Of a stretch of DNA of 61,627 nt, positions 55,169 through 61,627 are shown piece by piece; positions within the stretch are counted from its first letter, which is position 1; each line of letters starts with the position of its first letter. Both the position numbers and the translations under genes were made by a program. The stretch is from a virus (taxonomy: Duplodnaviria > Caudoviricetes). The notes beneath the pieces were generated by a model, which saw nothing but the letters and a program-made list of their open reading frames with translations, made no database searches and was not told where the DNA came from. Location of the stretch: IMG/VR virus record IMGVR_UViG_3300037963_004084, positions 1 through 61,627 of that record; one strand, written 5' to 3'.

Positions 55169-55633
55169 ATGATAGCGCCAACCGTGTTAAAGAATCCCGT
55201 GGTAGCTGAGCTACCCTTTGAAAAGCAATCCGTGCTTTCCCTCAACATAAGTAATCGGGCTAGACGAGCACTGAATTATGCGGGCATAAAAACTGTAGGG
55301 GATATCCTCGGCAAGTCCGCATCCGAGATCATGCGGGTGAGGGGCGTGGGGAATTCAGCCCTACTAGACATCCTCCACTGCATGATCGACAGAGCAGTGG
55401 TCTTGCCGGATGACTTGGATCAGGAGCTCACTCCTTGCGTGGACTGGTACCCTGAAACCCAACGCCTTCTTTGGTCTCAAAAGAATGCGGTGGGTGGTTA
55501 CTGGTCACGCCCCAGACCTAACTACTTCTTCACCGCAGAGGTGGAGCATAGCTTAGATCTATACGAATACAGGCGTGAGGTAGCTGCGGTATACGCGGGC
55601 CGTCATTTTATGAAACACCTAGTTAATAAATAA
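55169..55633 (+). CDS. RNA polymerase alpha-CTD-like domain protein
   Basis: SVLSLNISNRARRALNYAGIKTVGDILGKSASEIMRVRGVGNSALLDI aligns with alpha-CTD ([47 protein letters not shown]). Confidence 0.8.
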   Translation: MIAPTVLKNPVVAELPFEKQSVLSLNISNRARRALNYAGIKTVGDILGKSASEIMRVRGVGNSALLDILHCMIDRAVVLPDDLDQELTPCVDWYPETQRLLWSQKNAVGGYWSRPRPNYFFTAEVEHSLDLYEYRREVAAVYAGRHFMKHLVNK

Positions 55634-55635
55634 AC

Positions 55636-56043
55636 ATGAAGATATACGAAGTTACAGACGATGGGAACCGCCAATGGTTCGATAAGAAAGCAGAGGCGCA
55701 AGCCGCGTCCAAGAAAGCGAAGTCCCCTATGGTTACCTACGAGGTGGGCAGCACCCGCGCTGGATATGTTGAGTTCCTCAATGAAGTAGCCAACACACCC
55801 CCCACTGTATCCCGTACCGTGGTTCGTGTAACCGCAAGCAAGCCCCCGGTATCAGACCACACGAATGAGTCGGGTGCGTTAATGAACTATATGTTTGATT
55901 GCGCGGCGTCCATCGAGTCGAAGAAATCTTTCGGGGACATAACAGTCCCTGAGTTTTGCGCGGCAATGCGCTTACGGTTAGACCGCGTTGAACAATCCGA
56001 TGAGATCGAATCCTTTGGGTTCTGTGATGAATACGAAGTCTGA
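55636..56043 (+). CDS. Hypothetical protein
   Basis: 135 aa, tightly packed. Confidence 0.65.
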   Translation: MKIYEVTDDGNRQWFDKKAEAQAASKKAKSPMVTYEVGSTRAGYVEFLNEVANTPPTVSRTVVRVTASKPPVSDHTNESGALMNYMFDCAASIESKKSFGDITVPEFCAAMRLRLDRVEQSDEIESFGFCDEYEV

Positions 56044-56053
56044 ATCCTGACGC

Positions 56054-56527
56054 ATGAATATATTTGTCGTAGATAAAGATCCGACCACCGCAGCACAACA
56101 ACTGTGTGACAAGCATGTGGTCAAGATGATCCTTGAGTCAGCGCAGATGTTGTGTGCGGCCTACCCCAAGGGTGATGCCCCATACAAGCGCGCCTTCTAC
56201 AATCACCCATGCACCATCTGGGCTAGGGAATCGAAGGACAACTATGATTGGCTACTCACCCACGCCGATGAGATGTGCCGCGAGTACACCTACCGTTATG
56301 GCAAGACGCACAAGTCAACTGATGTCATACACTGGTGTGCAGCTAACTACTCAAAGCTAGGCTTGAGCAAGCAGGGTCTCACCCCCTTCGCTCAGGCCAT
56401 GCCGGAAGAATACAAACGAGTATTCGCAGTGACTGCTTACCGTGCCTACTACAACGGTGAGAAGAGTTACTTCGCCAAGTGGTCGGGGCGTGATACCCCT
56501 GACTGGTTCCTGAATCCCGATTCCTGA
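56054..56527 (+). CDS. Pyrimidine-dimer DNA glycosylase-like protein (DenV/Pyr_excise family)
   Basis: MNIF..D.DP...AQ.LCDKHVVKMILESAQML, NHPCTIWAR, EYTYRYGKTH, AQAMP, AYRAYY. Confidence 0.8.
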   Translation: MNIFVVDKDPTTAAQQLCDKHVVKMILESAQMLCAAYPKGDAPYKRAFYNHPCTIWARESKDNYDWLLTHADEMCREYTYRYGKTHKSTDVIHWCAANYSKLGLSKQGLTPFAQAMPEEYKRVFAVTAYRAYYNGEKSYFAKWSGRDTPDWFLNPDS

Positions 56528-56530
56528 ATC

Positions 56531-56695
56531 ATGAGTCACCCATACATACCCTACGTCACGTTAGATGGAGAGGATATCCGTCTGGATAATGTCGAGTTCC
56601 TTAACATAGAGGAAGACTTTTACGGACGAGATCTCGTTACGTTTAACTACGAAGGCGAAAGACACCAATCATATATCATCCACAAACCATACTGA
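56531..56695 (+). CDS. Small hypothetical protein (54 aa, not in track)
   Basis: MSHPYIPYVTLDGEDIRLDNVEFLNIEEDFYGRDLVTFNYEGERHQSYIIHKPY. Confidence 0.6.
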   Translation: MSHPYIPYVTLDGEDIRLDNVEFLNIEEDFYGRDLVTFNYEGERHQSYIIHKPY

Positions 56696-56789
56696 ATAAC
56701 CATGAATGAACTATTGTTCCCAACCCTCGTTGCCCTAATCTTGCTTCTCGTTCTGCGGCGCAAGCGTGTACCCAACGAAGACCATAGAC

Positions 56790-57023
56790 ATGAGTAAAAT
56801 TATAGACGTACGAAAATGGATGCCCGCCATACGGCAACTAGCTAAGAGAAAGTTGCCCATGATTGAGTTGCGGGATCAGCTTCGCAGGGAGCGGGAACGT
56901 ACCTCCCAACTCATAGACAAACTTAAGGCGGTAAAAAACACAACAGTGCAAAAACTAATAAAGGAATATGAAAACAAAGAAACCAAACCCCTTCTCGGGG
57001 AAAGCGGCGACCACAGTAATTGA
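56790..57023 (+). CDS. Small coiled-coil protein
   Basis: MSKIIDVRKW... from the ATG at 56790. Confidence 0.5.
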   Translation: MSKIIDVRKWMPAIRQLAKRKLPMIELRDQLRRERERTSQLIDKLKAVKNTTVQKLIKEYENKETKPLLGESGDHSN

Positions 57024-57288
57024 TCTCTCTGATAAGACGGGTCTCAAAACTGCCGTCCGCTATCACGACACAAACGTGGTGGAGTTCACCCCCAACTCCG
57101 TCACCTTGAACTCTGGTGGGTGGCGCACCCCCACCACAAAGCGTAGAATGAATGAGGTCTCTGACCACTATGGTTTGAACTTCCATGTCTATCAGGAAGA
57201 CCATGAGTGGTGGGTCGTCCTAAACACCCCTCAATATGTAAGTAAAACTATGCCCTTCAGTGAAGGCATGAAATTCCCAAGAACATGA
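56968..57288 (+). CDS. Conserved phage early protein
   Basis: VRYHDT.VV....VTLNSGGWRTPTTKRRMN...VYQ.D.EW, a widespread phage pattern. Confidence 0.7.
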   Translation: MKTKKPNPFSGKAATTVIDLSDKTGLKTAVRYHDTNVVEFTPNSVTLNSGGWRTPTTKRRMNEVSDHYGLNFHVYQEDHEWWVVLNTPQYVSKTMPFSEGMKFPRT

Positions 57289-57584
57289 AACCAAAAATAA
57301 ATACAGAGGTGGTCGAAGTAAATGAAGTCACCGTCAAACTACAGTCGAAGCCCGACAACGAAGCCGTCAACGGGTGGTCCGTAATCGCCTACCTACCCGA
57401 CGTCTCGATAAGATCCAAGGCTCTGCACAACGGAGTAAAGCTGGACAGATTTATGATGGCGATAGCTATATCTGCGGGCTATCACGTTCATGAGTTGGCA
57501 GATGATGGTCGGGTTGCTGCGCAAGCGGAGCGGGATGGCGATGAACTGTATGCCGCGTGTAAAAGATTGATGCCCACACTATGA
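57285..57584 (+). CDS. Hypothetical protein
   Basis: ATGA-coupled. Confidence 0.6.
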   Translation: MKPKINTEVVEVNEVTVKLQSKPDNEAVNGWSVIAYLPDVSIRSKALHNGVKLDRFMMAIAISAGYHVHELADDGRVAAQAERDGDELYAACKRLMPTL

Positions 57585-57814
57585 TCCATATAGTTCGTGA
57601 GTTCTTGCCCAACGGTATTCCCATCATGATCGACGGGGTATTAGACGGGGAACGTGTGGCCCCCGCTTCTACCCGCATCTTCCCCCTTAGTGTGGGGGAA
57701 GATGCGCCGTCTGTGATTGGCACTCCCTACTATTGCCACCACGACCCCGACGGCCTTGGTAAGAAGATAGCCACCCGCCTCACCAAGGTTTATGTAGACT
57801 CAATCCCCGACTAA
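57581..57814 (+). CDS. Hypothetical protein
   Basis: ATGA-coupled; converges on the giant ORF. Confidence 0.55.
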   Translation: MIHIVREFLPNGIPIMIDGVLDGERVAPASTRIFPLSVGEDAPSVIGTPYYCHHDPDGLGKKIATRLTKVYVDSIPD

Positions 57815-60800
57815 GGGGTGTCGGACCCTTGACCCGTGTAGACATCCTCGTATTGTTTCTCTTGAGAGATTCTTCTTACCGCCGCGTCATAAATACGGGC
57901 TCGTTTGTCGGGCCATTCACCGTCGGGGTCGGCTTTCAAGAGATCTATATACCAAGCCTTTGAAGGGAGGTAACGCTCGGTCTTACTTCTCATTACCGCC
58001 TTAGCTCGGTTCTTCCCAACACCCGCTTTGGTAAGCGCGTTGTATATCTGCTCATCCGTGAGCCGAAGTGCGGGCTCTTCAAAGTTTCTCGATGTTTCAA
58101 TCATGGAGATCAGTTTCCGATCAGTTTCCACCGTGTTCTTAACGGCTCTTCTTGCTAGGTCTTCGATCTCTTTGTCGGTGTACGACACACTACCGTCCTT
58201 GAGTTTATCTTTAATAAGGGTTCTTACCCCCTCCCTTTCTCGGTTTATCTCATAAGCTACTGTCCGCATACCTTGAGATGGATCTACCACCCTCACTTTG
58301 AGTGGTGCCATAACGGAGGAGAGAGTTTGCTCCGCTCTTTTCTGAACGTCTGGATCGTCGGCGTCTCTTTCCTTGTAGTACCTCTTAAGCTTCTCAAGAT
58401 TAGAAGGCAGCACAGTATCCAGCACAACCCTGTCAAAGACAGCCGAAAGCCTTTCGGTATTGTCCATCCCTTCTTTCAAGAGAGGTCTACCATCTGGGTC
58501 TTCACCTTTAATAAAGAGCTTCGCCAGTGTATCTGGTACTTGGCCGAAAGGAATCGCGTCAACTGGGTCGAATTCTAGTTTACCCGTTGTACGGTTGGTC
58601 GAAAATGTCTGCCCCAAGAATCTCTCAAGGTACGTCATGTACATTGTAGCGGCAGCTTCCTTGAACCCTGTACCTGCTTCCCCTTCCTTCATCCCTGCGA
58701 GGGCTTTTATGAGAGCTTGTTGTGATCCATCAAGCACGGGAGACATCCCGTTGATGTAAGTGATATCAACCGAGTAAAGCTTGTTCGGATCAATCTCAGA
58801 GGGTAGCCCCGAGAACATATCAATAATCTGGGGCACGGAGGTCAGCCCCAAGTCAATCAGGGTTTCACCCTTAACGTGAAAGTATGAGTTGTTCCGTGCG
58901 TAAGATGGTCTATTCGCTTCCAACAATTCTTCTTCCTCTCTATCAAGTATGACCTTGAGAGCAAGGAACGTGGAGCCCGTGACAACTCCAGCAAAAGAAC
59001 CATGTGTCAGCATGGACCCCAGCCGCCGCTTCCTTCCATTACTCTCAATGATGGGATTCCTGTCCTTGGTCTCTCGATGAGAAGTACCCGTCAATATTTG
59101 GTTGTAGAAAATCCTAAATTGATCCACAAAGAAACCACTGAATGCATCGAAGAAAAATGGGTTTATTCTCCTAATAACCCTCTGCAACAGCGTATGTTCA
59201 GAGTACGTGGGGGCAACTGACACAGTTTTCTGGGCCGCAAGTTGTTGTTGCGCCTCTTCAGACATGTTCAGGTAACCCAAGTCTACCCCGTTATCTTTCT
59301 CGTACTTCTGCGCTTTGTTGAGGACGCGCATTTCTTTTTTGTATATAGCAACTTTGGTAGCCGTATCAATGGCTTGAGCTATAGATGCTACGATATCATA
59401 AGATATTTTGAATGGGGCTTTAGCTACGTCTTTTACTTTACCCAGTCTGGATTTCTTTGATGCCTCAAAGACATCCCCCAAAGACTCGAAGAAAAGTTCA
59501 CTTATGTCCCCCGACCTTCCTCCCGCAAGTTGTTGGTTAATCAAGGTTAGTTCTAAGGTCCTCTGATCAATACCAAGCATCCTGTATTCTGTGGCGCTTA
59601 GCTCCGTTTCACTACCGGGCCTACGTTCGGGAGATATTACAGACCCAGCTCTGAAAGGTTGGCGCAATCTGGATAAAAACAGGATAGCCAATTCTTTCGC
59701 AACATGGTGGGGACCCACCCCATTAGCAGACCCGTATGTAGTCACTGCTGTAATCATATTACGCAGCGGGTAAGCGGGGATATTGTAAGCAGTCTTAGCC
59801 ATGAGGAATATACCATTCACAATCTCGGTAGATCTAAATAGCATTCTCGTCGCTGCTTTTACCGGCTCTCTATCTTTGATAAGCCGAAGCACTGTCCGAC
59901 CCTCGAACATAGATGTACCTTTAGTGGTGCGGCTCACCTTTTGGTAATCACGAAGTGCTTTAAACCCTTCGGTAGGGATAAACATATCGTAAGTGAAATC
60001 GAACACCTCCCGACCCCTCTTTACAGTTTGGGATTCGTCTTCATCTGTAGTTACCCTGTCCTTGGAGTCTATGTAATCAGATAGCAACCTTCCGGTGCGT
60101 ACATTGGTGTATTCATTACCATCTAGGCCAGCGTCTATCGCTTCCTGTAGGGTGAACACGAAAGCCTTTTCAAAGTCACCATCTACCACACCACCGATAC
60201 GTTTAAGCTGACTAAAGAAGGACGACTGCTCTACCATTCTGGTCAAGGCATTGAAGGTTTGCTCGAACGCGATTAAACCTTTCTCTTCAAACGTCCCATC
60301 TTCATTGAATTCCAAACCGTATTGACCCAAAAGATACCTCACCCTTGGATCAAGATCCGTTTTCTTCTTGAGAGCGTCTGTATCTAGCTTTAGTAGCCGC
60401 CTAAGTTGTGGATGCTTCTTACTCAAGATGCTCGCCACATTTTGCGCCTCAACATCTCCGCGAGCCCTCTCCTCAATCGCCTTGAGTAGAGTGTTCATTT
60501 CCGCAATAGTTTCATTGCGCGAATCTTTAACCCTTAATTCAGCTCTTATCTTGGCTTCCTCAGCCATCTCGGTTTTGGAAAGCGCGGTTACCCGCTTCGC
60601 CTCCGCTTCTTCTTCAGGGGTTTTGAATTCTACTTCCTGCCCTAGTTTAGCTCGCAGCCCCTGCATCCTAGCTAATTCTTCTTTTATCTCTACATCTACC
60701 CGCAGCTCTTCAAAGTAACTCACGGCCACATCCCTGCGCGCTGCGAACTTTCCATTGGGTTTTTGAATTTCCTCTAAGTATGCAAAATCATCGTAACCTT

Positions 60801-61626
60801 TGTATCTACGAGTGAGATACACACCGCTCTGCCTGTCGATAACCATGTTGAGCCTACCTCCCCGAACTTCGCCCAATCCGTAATTCTTGGAGACTATCTT
60901 GCTCATGGCATCCAAAGAAGCTCTGATGGACTTCATCTTGAGGACAATCTCTGGGCCTAGCTTCGTGTCGTCATTGATGGTTTGATACGCAATCTTTTGT
61001 TTCTCTTTGTATGCTTTGACTCTCTCAACGCGAGCGTCCTCCAGAGGAATTCTAACCAATACACGCTTTATACTTGCAAGGGCCTCGGGTTCAGCATCTG
61101 TATCGGGGCGCTTACCGGCCTTTACTTCTTTCTTAATCCGCTTCTTTACCGCTCTGTAGGTTGCCTTCAAATTTTCTTTAAACTCTGGTTCTACGTCTAG
61201 GTTATCAGTTGTCCCCGCCGCCGTGTTCAAAGCTACCAGTATGTCATTAGGAATATCGTTCTTGTAGGCCCTCTTCAATAGCTTGATAAGAACTGTAAAG
61301 TCGGAAGTCTTCTGGCCTTCCATTGCTGTCGCCCACAACTGTAGCTTCTTTATAATCTCTTGCACCCGTGGGTCCTGATCCCCGATCTTAAGCTGTTGGG
61401 TAATCTTCTTGATGCCCTTTAACGAACTAGCCCCAGACCATTTTCCATTATTAAGTTCCAGCACTAGTTCCGGCTGCAATTCCGACTGAGCTACTTGCCT
61501 CTCCCTCACGGCTTTTATAGCTTCTAATTTTTCAGCGGGGGTAGATTTGGGGTCCGTAACTTTCTTGAAAAGATCTGACTGTCTCTCAAAAGAATTCAAT
61601 AACGGCTCGATGTCGCCCAGAGGAGT
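57811..61626 (-). CDS. Giant polyvalent-like / internal virion protein, C-terminal part
   Basis: The 1,262-aa track ORF is open to the window end and in frame with 9764->1; helical, containing PAYPLRN and a hydrophobic segment. Confidence 0.85.
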   Translation of the reverse strand, partial: TPLGDIEPLLNSFERQSDLFKKVTDPKSTPAEKLEAIKAVRERQVAQSELQPELVLELNNGKWSGASSLKGIKKITQQLKIGDQDPRVQEIIKKLQLWATAMEGQKTSDFTVLIKLLKRAYKNDIPNDILVALNTAAGTTDNLDVEPEFKENLKATYRAVKKRIKKEVKAGKRPDTDAEPEALASIKRVLVRIPLEDARVERVKAYKEKQKIAYQTINDDTKLGPEIVLKMKSIRASLDAMSKIVSKNYGLGEVRGGRLNMVIDRQSGVYLTRRYKGYDDFAYLEEIQKPNGKFAARRDVAVSYFEELRVDVEIKEELARMQGLRAKLGQEVEFKTPEEEAEAKRVTALSKTEMAEEAKIRAELRVKDSRNETIAEMNTLLKAIEERARGDVEAQNVASILSKKHPQLRRLLKLDTDALKKKTDLDPRVRYLLGQYGLEFNEDGTFEEKGLIAFEQTFNALTRMVEQSSFFSQLKRIGGVVDGDFEKAFVFTLQEAIDAGLDGNEYTNVRTGRLLSDYIDSKDRVTTDEDESQTVKRGREVFDFTYDMFIPTEGFKALRDYQKVSRTTKGTSMFEGRTVLRLIKDREPVKAATRMLFRSTEIVNGIFLMAKTAYNIPAYPLRNMITAVTTYGSANGVGPHHVAKELAILFLSRLRQPFRAGSVISPERRPGSETELSATEYRMLGIDQRTLELTLINQQLAGGRSGDISELFFESLGDVFEASKKSRLGKVKDVAKAPFKISYDIVASIAQAIDTATKVAIYKKEMRVLNKAQKYEKDNGVDLGYLNMSEEAQQQLAAQKTVSVAPTYSEHTLLQRVIRRINPFFFDAFSGFFVDQFRIFYNQILTGTSHRETKDRNPIIESNGRKRRLGSMLTHGSFAGVVTGSTFLALKVILDREEEELLEANRPSYARNNSYFHVKGETLIDLGLTSVPQIIDMFSGLPSEIDPNKLYSVDITYINGMSPVLDGSQQALIKALAGMKEGEAGTGFKEAAATMYMTYLERFLGQTFSTNRTTGKLEFDPVDAIPFGQVPDTLAKLFIKGEDPDGRPLLKEGMDNTERLSAVFDRVVLDTVLPSNLEKLKRYYKERDADDPDVQKRAEQTLSSVMAPLKVRVVDPSQGMRTVAYEINREREGVRTLIKDKLKDGSVSYTDKEIEDLARRAVKNTVETDRKLISMIETSRNFEEPALRLTDEQIYNALTKAGVGKNRAKAVMRSKTERYLPSKAWYIDLLKADPDGEWPDKRARIYDAAVRRISQEKQYEDVYTGQGSDTP
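61529..61626. repeat. Terminal direct repeat / circular assembly overlap (right copy)
   Basis: Identical to 1-98. Confidence 0.95.
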
Positions 61627-61627
61627 G

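Noticed and set aside
61529-61627. Biological terminal repeat, and the mismatch at the last base
   Set aside because: The repeat falls mid-gene and its length fits a k-mer overlap; the last-base difference is probably a graph branch or SNP. The physical ends more likely lie near 44-46 kb.

Overview
The window is an apparently complete, circularly assembled ~61.5-kb tailed phage genome (bases 1-98 recur at 61529-61626). The gene content is podovirus-like and suggests an aquatic phage of a Gram-negative host. I recognise no integrase and no phage RNA polymerase. Modules: (i) a giant ~4,490-aa minus-strand ORF that crosses the assembly origin (9764->1, 61528->57811), is only partly called in the ORF track, and carries zincin HExxH and possibly ADP-ribosyltransferase-like domains, preceded by two probable internal-virion genes and terminase; (ii) a plus-strand replication module (RuvC-like, SF2 helicase, Cas4-like nuclease, SSB-like, Leu762-type PolA, primase-helicase); (iii) a minus-strand morphogenesis/lysis module (portal, scaffold, major capsid, tail and fibre proteins, glycosyltransferase, amidase, holin/spanin-like genes, small basic proteins), several of whose genes sit behind sigma70-like promoters placed for leaderless translation; (iv) a plus-strand early region. 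The most unusual part is the start of the early region (45.1-49.3 kb), which is rich in non-coding structure: a ~580-nt hairpin-dense candidate RNA, a SAP-domain gene, a ~0.9-kb array of structured modules punctuated by four copies of a 26-nt pseudoknot-like repeat and two copies of a 32-nt hairpin, a manA-like RNA and a further multibranch RNA candidate. These are followed by a DUF3150-like/MoxR-AAA/vWA-peptidase triad, an RNAP alpha-CTD homologue and a pyrimidine-dimer glycosylase-like gene. All family names come from motif recognition by eye; no searches were run.
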